DNA of 47,604 nucleotides from Haloferax elongans ATCC BAA-1513 (GTDB lineage Archaea > Halobacteriota > Halobacteria > Halobacteriales > Haloferacaceae): the NCBI RefSeq assembly GCF_000336755.1, contig NZ_AOLK01000012.1, forward strand, positions 119,150-166,753, read 5' to 3'. This document shows positions 19,564-29,203 of this stretch, piece by piece (position 1 is the first letter of the stretch; the number at the start of each line of letters is the position of its first letter). Both the position numbers and the translations under genes were made by a program. The notes under the pieces were generated by a model. That model worked only from the letters and a program-made list of their open reading frames with translations, did not search any database and was not told the origin of the DNA.

Positions 19564-19779
19564 TCAGAGCGCGTTCGGGAACACTGCGGCCAGAAGTAGC
19601 CCGACCGTCAAGAGAACCCCGAGTACGACGAATAGGACGTTTTCGGCGTTCGGCGACCCCGGTTCGATTGGCTCCTCCTCCGGGGGCTGGTCTTCGATGA
19701 GGCCATCTGGTCCGACCTCGTCGACGCCGAATCGCCAGTCACCGTCGTTGTCGGCTTCGGAACTGGGGGAACGTGACAT
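19564..19779 (-). CDS. Hypothetical small protein with C-terminal TM helix (71 aa)
   Basis: Begins at an internal ATG (MSRSPSSEADNDGDW...). The six-frame ORF upstream of it is read-through immediately after the pykA stop (TTG start), so weak. Confidence 0.3.
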   Translation of the reverse strand: MSRSPSSEADNDGDWRFGVDEVGPDGLIEDQPPEEEPIEPGSPNAENVLFVVLGVLLTVGLLLAAVFPNAL

Positions 19780-19869
19780 CAGTTTCGAATACGCGATGCG
19801 TTCTGAAAGGGCTACCGCACTCGTGGTCGGAGCAGACGACCGAACTCGTGTCCGACGTGGGCGACCCAA

Positions 19870-21630
19870 CTAGTCCCGCTCTGAGCGGTCGAACCCGATG
19901 ACGTCGCCTTCGTAGACGATACCACGTTCGGCGTGCAGCGTCACGAGCGACCCGTCGCTGACCGTGGTCGGGAGGGGTGCGCCAGAAATCATCGGAATAT
20001 CGAGTTCGCGGGCGACGAGTGCAGGGTAGCCCGTCATCCCGGCGCGGGCATCGACGATACCTGCAAGCTTGTCGGCGTCGCCGTCGAACTCGCCGTCGAA
20101 GTCGGCAGCGAGCGAGAGAATCGCACCCTCGGGCACGTCCGAGAGGTCGCCGTCGCTCGTCCGGTAGACGGGGCCGGCGACGCGACCACCGACCACTTTC
20201 CGGCCGTTGGCGACGGATTCGGCGGCGACGTGGACTTTGAGCATGTTCGTCGTGTTCGTCCCTTCGAGTTCCGTCATCATCCCGGAGAGGACGACGATTG
20301 TGTCGCCGGACTCGGCGACGCCAGCGTCGATGGCGGCCGTGACGGCGTCGTCCATCACGGCTTCGACGCTATCACTGTAGTCGGAGTACTCGGCGGAGAC
20401 ACCCCACGAGAGGGAGAGTTGTCGGCGAGTGCGGTCGTTCGGAGTGACCGCGACGACGGGGACACCGGGGCGGAACTTCGCGGTCTTCCGGGCGGTGTAC
20501 CCGGACTCGGAGACGGCGACGACGGCGGCGGCGTTCACGTCGCGGGCAAGGTAGCGCGCAGAGCGGGCCAGTGCCTCGGTTCGTGAGTTTTCGTCGGCCG
20601 TCGGGACGCGCTGTTCTTGGCTCTCGTCGTATTCGGGGCTGGCTTCGACTTCCTTGACGATGCGGGACATCGTCTCGACGACGCGCACGGGGTGGTCGCC
20701 GACGGCCGTCTCGCCGGAGAGCATCACGGCGTCGGTGCCGTCGAGGACGGCGTTTGCGACGTCGGAGGCCTCGGCACGGGTGGGCCGACGAGCGCGGACC
20801 ATCGAGTCGAGCATCTCGGTCGCGGTGATGACCGGGACGCCAGCGGCCTGCGCCTTTCGGATAGTTCGCTTCTGGATGATTGGGACCTCTTCGAGCGGGC
20901 ACTCGACCCCGAGGTCGCCGCGGGCGACCATCACGCCGTGGGCCGCCTCGATAATCTCGTCGAGGTTGTTGACAGCGCCGACGCGCTCGATTTTGGCGAT
21001 GATGGGAATGTCGGCACCGAGTTCTTCCAGCGTGTCGCTGATGGTGTACACGTCGGCCGCGTCGCGGATGAACGAGGCCGCGACGAAATCGACTTCCTTC
21101 TCGGCGGCGAGTTTCAGGTTCTCGTAGTCGCTGTCGGTGATGAGGTCGATGTCGAGGTCGACGCCGGGGACGTTCACGCCCTTCCGGGAGCCGAGTTGGC
21201 CGCCGGAGACGATTTTCGCGTAGACGGAGTCGTCTTCGACGCGCTCGACGGTCGCTTCGATACGACCGTCGTCGAGGAGCACTCGGGCACCGGGTTCTGC
21301 GGCGGAGATAGAATACGAGAGACCAACTGCTTCGGGTGTCGCCTCGTCACCCTCGTAGAACTGAACCTCGCTTCCCGTTTCGAGGTAGATGTCGTCGTCG
21401 ATAGGGGCGGTTCGTACTTCAGGGCCCTGCAGGTCGAGCATGGCCGCGAGCGGTTCCTCGGTCGCGTCGTCGACAGCGCGGATGCTGTCGATGACCTCCG
21501 ACCGGTGTTCGACGTCTCCGTGGCTCGCGTTCATCCGGGCGACGCTCATTCCAGCGTCGGCGAGCCCACGAATCGTCTTTCGGTCGAAGGAAGACGGACC
21601 GAGAGTACAGACGATTTTCGCGTTTCGCAT
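19870..21630 (-). CDS. pykA: Pyruvate kinase with C-terminal PEP-utilising-enzyme mobile domain
   Basis: Start ATG 21630 (MRNAKIVCTLGPSS...). Canonical PK barrel and C-terminal swivelling His domain (...GGRVAGPVYRTSDG...GMTGYPALVARELDIPMISGA). The upstream extension of the ORF is unsupported. Confidence 0.95.
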   Translation of the reverse strand: MRNAKIVCTLGPSSFDRKTIRGLADAGMSVARMNASHGDVEHRSEVIDSIRAVDDATEEPLAAMLDLQGPEVRTAPIDDDIYLETGSEVQFYEGDEATPEAVGLSYSISAAEPGARVLLDDGRIEATVERVEDDSVYAKIVSGGQLGSRKGVNVPGVDLDIDLITDSDYENLKLAAEKEVDFVAASFIRDAADVYTISDTLEELGADIPIIAKIERVGAVNNLDEIIEAAHGVMVARGDLGVECPLEEVPIIQKRTIRKAQAAGVPVITATEMLDSMVRARRPTRAEASDVANAVLDGTDAVMLSGETAVGDHPVRVVETMSRIVKEVEASPEYDESQEQRVPTADENSRTEALARSARYLARDVNAAAVVAVSESGYTARKTAKFRPGVPVVAVTPNDRTRRQLSLSWGVSAEYSDYSDSVEAVMDDAVTAAIDAGVAESGDTIVVLSGMMTELEGTNTTNMLKVHVAAESVANGRKVVGGRVAGPVYRTSDGDLSDVPEGAILSLAADFDGEFDGDADKLAGIVDARAGMTGYPALVARELDIPMISGAPLPTTVSDGSLVTLHAERGIVYEGDVIGFDRSERD

Positions 21631-21650
21631 AGCGCGACCTACGGCCGAGA

Positions 21651-21660
21651 AATAAAAAAG
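21651..21660 (-). promoter_or_regulatory. TATA-box candidate for pykA (leaderless-type spacing)
   Basis: The minus strand reads TTTTTTATTT at -30..-21 relative to the pykA ATG. Confidence 0.35.
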
Positions 21661-21792
21661 CCCAATGATAAACTCGGTGTCGAGTAATTGGTTCACATAC
21701 GTACGCTATTGAGACGCAGTCCCGGCGTTTTCTCTATTTGGTGGTTGTGAACGTGCCGCATTGTTTTTGCTCTCAGAAACCAACATAGGGGT

Positions 21793-22611
21793 ATGCGCCG
21801 AACTGACGGCCCACTTCGGACCGATGGGGGAACCGGTGCGGGCGACACGTCCGGGGCGGACAGTTCACCTGAAGCCGACGGAGGTCTTCCGACCGGACCG
21901 ATTCCACCGGACGACGAGACGCCGACGTGGCGCGAACGAAAGGAACGAAAGACAGGACTCGCTCGGCTCACGTACGAGTACTTCGAACGCTCTCGCTACG
22001 AGGACCAAGAGCTGAGACAGTCGTCAGACTACGTCGAGCGCGACGTACTGGCGTTCCCGACGTGGCCGCACGAGACGGTTCGGAACCTCTCGATTGCGTC
22101 GTTCTTCGTCGGAATGATTCTGTTCCTCTCGGCGACGATGCCGCCACACATTGGCGCGCCCGCGAATCCGAGTCAGACGCCAGCGATTATCCTGCCCGAC
22201 TGGTACCTCTACTGGTCGTTCGGGCTGCTCAAACTCAGTCCATTGAATCCAGACCTCGCCATCCTCGGCGGGCAGAAAATCATGGCTGACCGTACCTACG
22301 GCGTTCTCGCGAACGGCGTCGTCGTCGGCTTCATCGCCATCGTCCCCTTCCTCAACAAAGGAAGCGCTAGACGCCCGGTCGAAGAGCCGTTCTGGGCGGC
22401 CGTCGGTGTCTTCGGTGTGGTCTTCGCGCTGACCATCTCGCTGTTGGCAGTGAAGAACCTCATGCCGATGAACGTCGACCTGCTGTTCGACCTGACGTTC
22501 CTGCTCCCAATCGTCCTCGGCATCGTCACCTACGCGGTGCTCAAGACGATGCAGGAGGGCTACATGTACAACCTCAACCGCCGTTACTACCGGCTCAGAC
22601 CGCCACGATAG
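21793..22611 (+). CDS. Cytochrome b C-terminal-domain (PetD / subunit IV-like) membrane protein with acidic N-terminal extension
   Basis: 272 aa. ...LPDWYLYWSFGLLKLSP... matches the PEWY-type motif of the cytochrome b/b6 C-terminal domain; four TM helices. No petA/petB is adjacent. Confidence 0.55.
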   Translation: MRRTDGPLRTDGGTGAGDTSGADSSPEADGGLPTGPIPPDDETPTWRERKERKTGLARLTYEYFERSRYEDQELRQSSDYVERDVLAFPTWPHETVRNLSIASFFVGMILFLSATMPPHIGAPANPSQTPAIILPDWYLYWSFGLLKLSPLNPDLAILGGQKIMADRTYGVLANGVVVGFIAIVPFLNKGSARRPVEEPFWAAVGVFGVVFALTISLLAVKNLMPMNVDLLFDLTFLLPIVLGIVTYAVLKTMQEGYMYNLNRRYYRLRPPR

Positions 22612-22621
22612 GGGCTTTTGG

Positions 22622-22927
22622 TCACGGGACCGCGACGCTGGTCCTGTATATGTTCCCGTCGTAGCGGACGTAGCCGGGGTCGATGAACTCGTTTCGGTCG
22701 GTTCCCTTCTGAATCGTCGCGCTCCCGTCTGTTTCGAGCGCCTGCTGGAACACCGACTGCTGCTTCGACGAGAGGTTCTCGAACGAGACGGCACCCTCGC
22801 CCGCTGGTAGTTCGTCAACCACCTCGACGGTCAACTGGCCCGTCCCGTTGCTCCCGCCGAGACAGCCCGCAGAGAGCACGACGAGCACGACGACGAGTGA
22901 AACGGTAAACGAACCAGTGAGTCGCAT
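22622..22927 (-). CDS. Small secreted lipoprotein, paralog A (lipobox LSAGC)
   Basis: 101 aa with signal peptide plus Cys lipobox and conserved C-terminus NEFIDPGYVRYDGNIY. It is the tandem paralog of 23042..23353. Confidence 0.5.
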   Translation of the reverse strand: MRLTGSFTVSLVVVLVVLSAGCLGGSNGTGQLTVEVVDELPAGEGAVSFENLSSKQQSVFQQALETDGSATIQKGTDRNEFIDPGYVRYDGNIYRTSVAVP

Positions 22928-23041
22928 GCCCGACGGTCCGCCGGTAGGAATAAAAGTGACTCCGGTTGCGGCGCGACATTCGAGACGCGAACATGCTACG
23001 ACATTCGAGGTACGACCGGCAGAAAAGCCGCGTGCGACGAC

Positions 23042-23353
23042 TCAGTTCGACGTGACGGTCGTCTTGTAGATGCCCCCGTCGTAACGGACGTAGCCGGGGT
23101 CGATGAACTCGTTACGCGCGGCTTCGTTCGGTAGTTCGACGCCGCCTCCCGTCTGGAGCGCCTCTCGGAAGGCCTCACGTTGGTCGGGGTCGAGGTTGTG
23201 GAAGGAGACTGCACCCTGTCCCTGCGGGAGGTCGTCTACCTGTTCGACGGTCAGCGTTCCTGCAGACCCGCCCAGTATTCCGAACGCGACCACGGCCACG
23301 ACGGCCACGACGACGACTCCACCGACAGTTCGGCCATCGAGTTCCATAGCCAT
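23042..23353 (-). CDS. Small secreted/membrane-anchored protein, paralog B
   Basis: 103 aa with an N-terminal hydrophobic anchor and the same NEFIDPGYVRYDGGIY core. It shares a 38/39-nt near-identical DNA stretch with paralog A. Confidence 0.5.
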   Translation of the reverse strand: MAMELDGRTVGGVVVVAVVAVVAFGILGGSAGTLTVEQVDDLPQGQGAVSFHNLDPDQREAFREALQTGGGVELPNEAARNEFIDPGYVRYDGGIYKTTVTSN

Positions 23354-23426
23354 CGCTCGGCAGTCAGGACAGATATCGGCTGCGAAACTGTGCTGGGATT
23401 CGAGGGTGAAATCCCGCTCGGGAGAC

Positions 23427-25499
23427 TTACTGGACCTTGGTGCCGGGAACGGCGTCCTCGTAGGTCGTCAGCAGGTCGGCCTGCTCACCGGCAGCCAGAA
23501 GCATGCCGTTGGACTCCGTACCGAACAGTTCGGCCTTTTCGAGGTTGGCGACGATGATGACCTTCTTGCCAGCCAGCTCCGAGAGGTCGTGGAGCTGTTT
23601 GATACCGGCGACGATTTGGCGCTCTTCGACGCCGATGTCCACGGTCAGCTTGGCGAGTTTGTCGGCCCCGTCGATGCCCTCGGCGTCGATAATCTCGCCG
23701 ACGCGAAGGTCGAGGTCCTGGAACTCCTCGAAGGAGATGCGGTCGTCGGCGATGGGTTCGAGGTTAGAGTCGGCTTCCATATCGTCGTCTGCGTCCTCCT
23801 CCGCCTCGTCGCTTTCGGATTCCGTCGCAGCGACGCGCTCGGCGAGCTTTTCGTTGAGTTCCTCGACGCGCTCGTCTTCGATTTTCTCGAAGAGTGCCTC
23901 GGGTTCGTCGAACGACGCCGCCGGAGCCTCGAAGGCTGCGTCGACGCCCACGTCCGCGACAGCGCCGTCTTCGCCGAGTTGCTCCCAGAGTGCCTGCATC
24001 TTGTCGGGCGCGACGGGCTGGAAGAGGACGGCGACGGCCTTCGCAATCTGAACGCAGTCGCGGATGACCTGCGCGGCGGTCTCGGGGTCCTCGTCGGTGA
24101 GCTTCCACGGTTCGTTCCGCTGGATGTACTCGTTGCCGAACTGCGCGAGGCGGACCGCGGCGTTGCCGGACTTGCGAATCGAGTAGTCGTTGATACCGGC
24201 TTCGAACTCCTCGATGGCTTCCTCGATGCGGTCGCGGACTTCGGCGGAGAGGTCTGCTTCCGGCGTCCCCTCGAAGTTGCGGTAGGCAAAGAGCATCGAG
24301 CGGTAGAGGAAGTTGCCGAGGGTGCCGACGAGTTCGTTGTTCACGCGCTCGCGGAACTTCGACCACGAGAAGTCCACGTCCTGCTGGAACCCGCCGTTGG
24401 TGGCGAGGTAGTAGCGAAGCAGGTCGGGGTGGAAGCCCTCGTCGAGGTACTCGTCGGCCCAGACGGCGCGGTTGCGTGACGTCGAGAAGCCCTTGCCGTT
24501 GAGCGTGATGAAACCGGAGGCCATGACGGCGCGCGGTTCCGTGTAGCCTGCGCCCTTGAGCATCGCTGGCCAGAAGACGGTGTGGTGCTGGATGATGTCG
24601 CGGCCGATGATATGGACGATGTCGCCGCCGTCACGCCACGCCGCTTCCCAGTCGAAGGTGTCGGCACCGACGCGTTCTGTGTACTGCTTCGTCGAGGCGA
24701 TGTACTCGATAGGGGCGTCCACCCAGACGTAGAGGACGAGTTCGCCCTCGTCGTCGTCGGGGTAGTCGATACCCCAGTCCATGTCGCGGGTGATACACCA
24801 GTCTTGCAGTTCGCCTTCGATCCACTCGCGGGGCTGGTTCTGCGCGTTCGAGGTGCCTTCGAGGCGGTCGATGAACTCCTGAAGGTACTCTTGGAGGTCC
24901 GAAACGGCGAAGAACTTGTGTTCGCGCTCGCGGTACTCTGCGGGGTTGCCGGTGCGAACCGAAGTTGGGTTCTCGATTTCGCCGGGTTCGAGGTGGCGAC
25001 CACAGCCTTCGTCACACTCGTCGCCGCGGGCGTGTTCGCCGCAGTACGGACAGGTTCCCTCGACGTAGCGGTCGGGGAGCCACTGGTCCGCATCGGGGTC
25101 GTAGGCGACCGGAATCTCCTTCTCGTAGACGTAGCCCTCGGCTTCGAGCGTGCGGACGATTTCCTGCGTCAGTTCGGTGTTCGTCTCGTCGTGGGTGTGG
25201 CCGTAGTTGTCGAAGTCGATGTTGAACCGCGGGAACGTCGCTTCGTACTTCTCGTGGTGGCGGAGTGCGAACTCCTCGGGCGTGACGCCCTCTTCTTCGG
25301 CGTTGACGGCGACCGGGGTGCCGTGCATGTCCGAACCGCTGACGAAGGCGGTCTCTTGACCGAGTGTTCGCAGCGAGCGACTGTAGATGTCGCCGCCGAC
25401 GTACGTTCGAAGGTGGCCGATGTGCAGGTCGCCGTTGGCGTAGGGCAACCCGCACGTCACCACCGCTGGGTTCTGTGTGGGGAAGTCCTCGTGGCTCAT
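23427..25499 (-). CDS. metS: Methionyl-tRNA synthetase with C-terminal EMAP/tRNA-binding domain
   Basis: 690 aa. HIGH (GDLHIGH), the Zn knuckle (CPYCGEHARGDECDEGCG) and the C-terminal OB-fold tRNA-binding domain are present. Confidence 0.97.
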   Translation of the reverse strand: MSHEDFPTQNPAVVTCGLPYANGDLHIGHLRTYVGGDIYSRSLRTLGQETAFVSGSDMHGTPVAVNAEEEGVTPEEFALRHHEKYEATFPRFNIDFDNYGHTHDETNTELTQEIVRTLEAEGYVYEKEIPVAYDPDADQWLPDRYVEGTCPYCGEHARGDECDEGCGRHLEPGEIENPTSVRTGNPAEYREREHKFFAVSDLQEYLQEFIDRLEGTSNAQNQPREWIEGELQDWCITRDMDWGIDYPDDDEGELVLYVWVDAPIEYIASTKQYTERVGADTFDWEAAWRDGGDIVHIIGRDIIQHHTVFWPAMLKGAGYTEPRAVMASGFITLNGKGFSTSRNRAVWADEYLDEGFHPDLLRYYLATNGGFQQDVDFSWSKFRERVNNELVGTLGNFLYRSMLFAYRNFEGTPEADLSAEVRDRIEEAIEEFEAGINDYSIRKSGNAAVRLAQFGNEYIQRNEPWKLTDEDPETAAQVIRDCVQIAKAVAVLFQPVAPDKMQALWEQLGEDGAVADVGVDAAFEAPAASFDEPEALFEKIEDERVEELNEKLAERVAATESESDEAEEDADDDMEADSNLEPIADDRISFEEFQDLDLRVGEIIDAEGIDGADKLAKLTVDIGVEERQIVAGIKQLHDLSELAGKKVIIVANLEKAELFGTESNGMLLAAGEQADLLTTYEDAVPGTKVQ

Positions 25500-25763
25500 A
25501 TGTGTCGTGTATCTCGGATGCGGGCCTAAAGCCCGCCGGTACGGATGTGTCTGTCAGTCGATGCGGAGACGGCCCGGGGTTCGCCGGGTTCGGACTCGCC
25601 ATGTGTTACCGCGGCGAGCACCGAGAACGGGTCCACCCGTGGCTAAAAGGAAGAGCACATGCGCATGTTGTCGGGAAGGCCCGTCGCTGTCACACCGAAA
25701 CGAAAGCAGAGGGCGAATATAAAATGTCGGGCTTACTATCGTCGACGGCCAGCGACACCGAGT

Positions 25764-26441
25764 TCAGTCTTTGACGGTCACGCCGCCGAAGGCGCAGAAC
25801 CCGGAGAGGACGAGGTCCACCGAGTCGTGGGTCGGTTCCTGTCTCGGCCGTTCGTCTTCGACCCCGCCGAGGACGGGCAGCACGTCCAGTTGGACGTTCC
25901 AGTCGCGCGGGACGACGACTTCGACGCCACCGAACAGGCACGTCGTGTTCACCCGAACCGGACTGTCGAGTTCGACTACGTCGCGGAGGTCGAGGTCGAC
26001 GCCACCGAAGAGCGCGGTGATGTCGCCACCGGCGAACCGACCGGTCGTCGCGCGTGCTTCGCGCCCGCCGAAGACGGCGACGAGGTCGACACGGTCGCCC
26101 GTGATTGGTTCGACGGACGAGCGGAACCGACCGAGTGCCATCGAGAGGCCGAGGATGACGAGCAGGACCGGCCAGAACGACAGGAGTTGCGACCCGGTTA
26201 CGACGTCGAGCGCGACGGCTTGCCACGCTCCCGCGACGGCGATGAGGACCAGCGGGCCGCCGACGTTTCGGAAGCCGCTGGCGGCGAGCGCGTAGACGCC
26301 CGCGAGGACGAACAGCGACGGGACGTACCGAAGGAGTCCGGTCGTGTCGTAGAGGCCGGTGGTGTTCGCGAGCAGTACAAGGCCGACGAGGACGATTGCG
26401 CCCCCGACGACGACCTGATTCGAAATGCGTCTGTAGGCCAT
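25764..26441 (-). CDS. Membrane protein with C-terminal LiaF/DUF2154-like repeat domain
   Basis: Start ATG 26441 (MAYRRISNQ...). Four TM segments, then repeated ...FGG(V/R)... beta-strand units (VFGGREA, LFGGVDL, LFGGVEV, VLGGVED). Confidence 0.4.
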   Translation of the reverse strand: MAYRRISNQVVVGGAIVLVGLVLLANTTGLYDTTGLLRYVPSLFVLAGVYALAASGFRNVGGPLVLIAVAGAWQAVALDVVTGSQLLSFWPVLLVILGLSMALGRFRSSVEPITGDRVDLVAVFGGREARATTGRFAGGDITALFGGVDLDLRDVVELDSPVRVNTTCLFGGVEVVVPRDWNVQLDVLPVLGGVEDERPRQEPTHDSVDLVLSGFCAFGGVTVKD

Positions 26442-26583
26442 GGCTCTAGTACACGGCACGGAGAGATAACCCAAACAGCCGATTCTCACATTTTGAGGGG
26501 GGGGGGACAGTCAGATTCGGCGCTTGAGGGGAAACAGTCAGACTCGCGGCCGAGAAGAGAATTCGCGGCCGCTCTGTCGCGAC

Positions 26584-27150
26584 TCAGATAACCGCTGCGA
26601 TGGCCTCGATACCGACGAGCGTCACGATGAGTCGCCCGCAAGAGCCGACGAACGTTGCGGCGGCGAACTTGAGGTAGTCGTCTTCGAGGACGGCGAAGGC
26701 GTAGATAGAGAGCGTGTCGGGGAATCCGGGGACACAGAGGGCGGCGGCAAGTCCGGCGAAGCCCCAGTTCTGGGCGATTTCGACCGCTTTGCGTTCTGAC
26801 CATCCCATCACGTCTACTGGGAGGCGTGCGAGGAATCGCTCGAAGTAGCCCGATTCTTTCGTCTCGCGGCCGATGTGGAACGCGAAGACGCTGCCAGCCG
26901 ACTTACCAGCGCCGCTGACGAGAATGATGAGTGCGAGGCGGGCACCACGGGACAGCCCAAGGTCGAGCGGTGCCGCGAGGACGATTTCGCTCACGCCCGG
27001 GAGCGCGAACGCAATGAGAAATGAGTAGACGAAGATGATGGCCAAACCGACCCACCCGGTCGCCGTCTCGACGAGCGACGAGAGCCACGCGAAGTCGGGG
27101 AAAACACCGAGTGTCAGGTCAGCGAGCGACACGAGTGCGTCCAGAGTCAC
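26584..27150 (-). CDS. DedA/VTT-domain family membrane protein
   Basis: 188 aa. ...IIFVYSFLIAFALPGVSEIVLAAPL... resembles the DedA re-entrant-loop signature. Confidence 0.5.
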   Translation of the reverse strand: MTLDALVSLADLTLGVFPDFAWLSSLVETATGWVGLAIIFVYSFLIAFALPGVSEIVLAAPLDLGLSRGARLALIILVSGAGKSAGSVFAFHIGRETKESGYFERFLARLPVDVMGWSERKAVEIAQNWGFAGLAAALCVPGFPDTLSIYAFAVLEDDYLKFAAATFVGSCGRLIVTLVGIEAIAAVI

Positions 27151-27194
27151 ACCAGAGGGTCACAACTAGGCGGTTGTAAGCTTTCAGGTTCGGG

Positions 27195-28268
27195 TCAGTT
27201 GCGCGCCGGCCCGCGTGCGATATCGTCGAGGTCGGCGAGGAACGCCCGAAGCGACTCGCGGGTGACGTGCGGCATGCAGACGACGCGGAGTTCGCCGGAG
27301 GCAGTCCGCGATATTCGCCACCCGAGGTCCCGAAGCGAGTCGAATTCGGGTTCGGGAAGGCGCGCGGCGACAAGCGGGAGTTCCGGTTCGACCGCGTCGT
27401 ACCCGCGCGCGACGAGTTCGTTGTAGAACCAGTTCGCGTTCGCCTGCTGGCGCTCGTACGTCTCGCGGTAGCCGTCGGGCCACAGTTCGCGCATCGCGGC
27501 CGCGGCGGATGCGACGCCAGCGCCGCTTCGCGTGCCCGTGAGGCTCGCCTGCGACGCGGATTCGAGATACGGTGTGTCCACCGCGAGCGCGTCGAGAACC
27601 TCCTTGTTGCGGAATAAGAGCCCGCCAGCGGGGACGACCGCCTGCCCGTACTTGTGCGGGTCGATAGTCATGGAGTCGACCGGTGCGTGGGCGAACGACC
27701 ACTCGTGGTCGGTAAAGGGGAGGATAAAGCCGCCCCACGCGGCATCGACGTGCATGAGCGCGCCGGCGTCGTGTGCGATGTCGGTCAGTTCGGGAATCGG
27801 GTCGACGCGACCGAACTCGGTCGTCCCGGCGACGCCCGCGACGAGAATCGTATGGTCGTCGACCGCTTCGCGAACCGCCTCGGTGTCGGCTCGGTAATCG
27901 CCGTCGACCGGGACGATTCGCAACTCGACGCCGAGTACGTCTGCGGCCTTCTGGAAACTGAAGTGGATGCTCTCGGGTGCGACGACGTTCGGGTTGTCGT
28001 CTCGGACGAGATTTCGCGCGGCCCGAATGGCCTGAATATTCGCCTCTGTGCCACCGCTGGCGATGTAGCCGTGTGGCTCGTCGAGGCCGGTTATCTCCCC
28101 GAGGGATGCGAGGGCGTCCTCCTCCTGGGCAGCCACCGCTTGGTAGGTGGCTGGGTCGCCAGGATTCGTCGCCAGAAATCGTTCTGCGGCCTCGCGGGCG
28201 GCCGGATGTGGCTTCGTGCACATCGACGAGAGGACGCGGTCGAATTGTTGCGGTGCCGCGCGCTGCAT
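27195..28268 (-). CDS. mfnA: PLP-dependent L-tyrosine/L-aspartate decarboxylase (MfnA family)
   Basis: 357 aa group II decarboxylase fold with ...TIDPHKYG... (PLP-Lys) and MfnA-like length. Confidence 0.8.
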   Translation of the reverse strand: MQRAAPQQFDRVLSSMCTKPHPAAREAAERFLATNPGDPATYQAVAAQEEDALASLGEITGLDEPHGYIASGGTEANIQAIRAARNLVRDDNPNVVAPESIHFSFQKAADVLGVELRIVPVDGDYRADTEAVREAVDDHTILVAGVAGTTEFGRVDPIPELTDIAHDAGALMHVDAAWGGFILPFTDHEWSFAHAPVDSMTIDPHKYGQAVVPAGGLLFRNKEVLDALAVDTPYLESASQASLTGTRSGAGVASAAAAMRELWPDGYRETYERQQANANWFYNELVARGYDAVEPELPLVAARLPEPEFDSLRDLGWRISRTASGELRVVCMPHVTRESLRAFLADLDDIARGPARN

Positions 28269-28354
28269 GCATCCCTGTATATGGGCACCCAGTATATCGG
28301 TTCCGCTCCATTGCGACGGAGTGGCTCACCACGAACTCGATGTCGAGTTCACGT

Positions 28355-29092
28355 TCATCCCACGGCCAGCGTCGAGAGAAACAGCGTCGCGTTGTACAGT
28401 GCGTGAACCGCGATGGGAACGACGAGATTGCCGGTCCGTTCGTAGACGGTCCCGAGGACCGCACCGACGAGAAACAGCGTCGTGAGTGGGACGACCACGA
28501 GGACGCCGCCGCCGATGAAGTTGAACACGTGGAGCGACGCGAAGATGGCGCTGGCGAGTGCAATCGCACTGACGGGGCCGAACGTCGCACGGAGTCGCCC
28601 CTGAACCGCGCCGCGAAAGAGCAGTTCCTCGCCGGGCGCGATGACGAAGATAGAGAGGAGCGCGAGCGCGACGAGCAGCCGAGAGTCTGCGGTCCCGGAT
28701 GCACCGAAGACCGACCGAAGCGGACTGAGGTCGACAACCGTCGACGCGACGAGGAGGCCGGCGACGGCGGCGAAGCTACCAACGAGTCCGACTGCGACCC
28801 ACGTAAGGTCGCGCCGCGTGGGGACGCGAATCGGCACCCCATCGAGGAGTGTCATGGCGGCGAGCACCCCGACGATGGCAAATCCGAGCTGAGAGGGTAT
28901 CAACGCGACCAGAAGCACGACTGATGGCTCTTCGGCGAGCGGGATTCCGAGTGCTAACAGGGGAACGAACGCGGCGATAGTGAGGACGACCCCGAGTACG
29001 AGACCGGCGACGACGATGGCGAGTGCCACGGCGACGGCGCGCACGCGAGCGAGGACACCCGTGCGGGAGGGGACCGCTGCGATGGAGGGCAT
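28355..29092 (-). CDS. CPBP-family (CAAX) intramembrane metalloprotease
   Basis: Motifs EELLFRG, FASLHV and HALYNA, with multiple TM helices. Confidence 0.75.
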   Translation of the reverse strand: MPSIAAVPSRTGVLARVRAVAVALAIVVAGLVLGVVLTIAAFVPLLALGIPLAEEPSVVLLVALIPSQLGFAIVGVLAAMTLLDGVPIRVPTRRDLTWVAVGLVGSFAAVAGLLVASTVVDLSPLRSVFGASGTADSRLLVALALLSIFVIAPGEELLFRGAVQGRLRATFGPVSAIALASAIFASLHVFNFIGGGVLVVVPLTTLFLVGAVLGTVYERTGNLVVPIAVHALYNATLFLSTLAVG

Positions 29093-29203
29093 GGGAGACA
29101 GACGAATCGGTCAGCCTAGAGAGACGACGGTGTCGGACAAAAAAGCGCGCGTCGGCTCGTTTCGGATGCTGTAGCGCGGAGGCGAGAAAACAGCGTCCGC
29201 GAC

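Noticed and set aside
20617-21687. 356-aa plus-strand ORF antisense to pykA; the same pattern applies to 29252..31405 (antisense to ppsA), 34332..35438 and 35685..36749 (antisense to the transducer/SBP), 8320..9381 (antisense to tfb), 11886..12953 (antisense to aglD), 17686..18819, 2111..3172, 4622..5800, 45064..46110 and 46055..47110
   Set aside because: In 65% GC DNA, stop codons are rare on the non-coding strand. These ORFs have Arg/Ala/Gly-rich low-complexity composition, no family similarity, and fully overlap well-supported genes.
27184-28842. 552-aa minus-strand ORF spanning mfnA and the CPBP protease in another frame
   Set aside because: Extreme Arg/Pro/Ser composition typical of an out-of-frame GC-rich read. 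It overlaps two confidently assigned genes.
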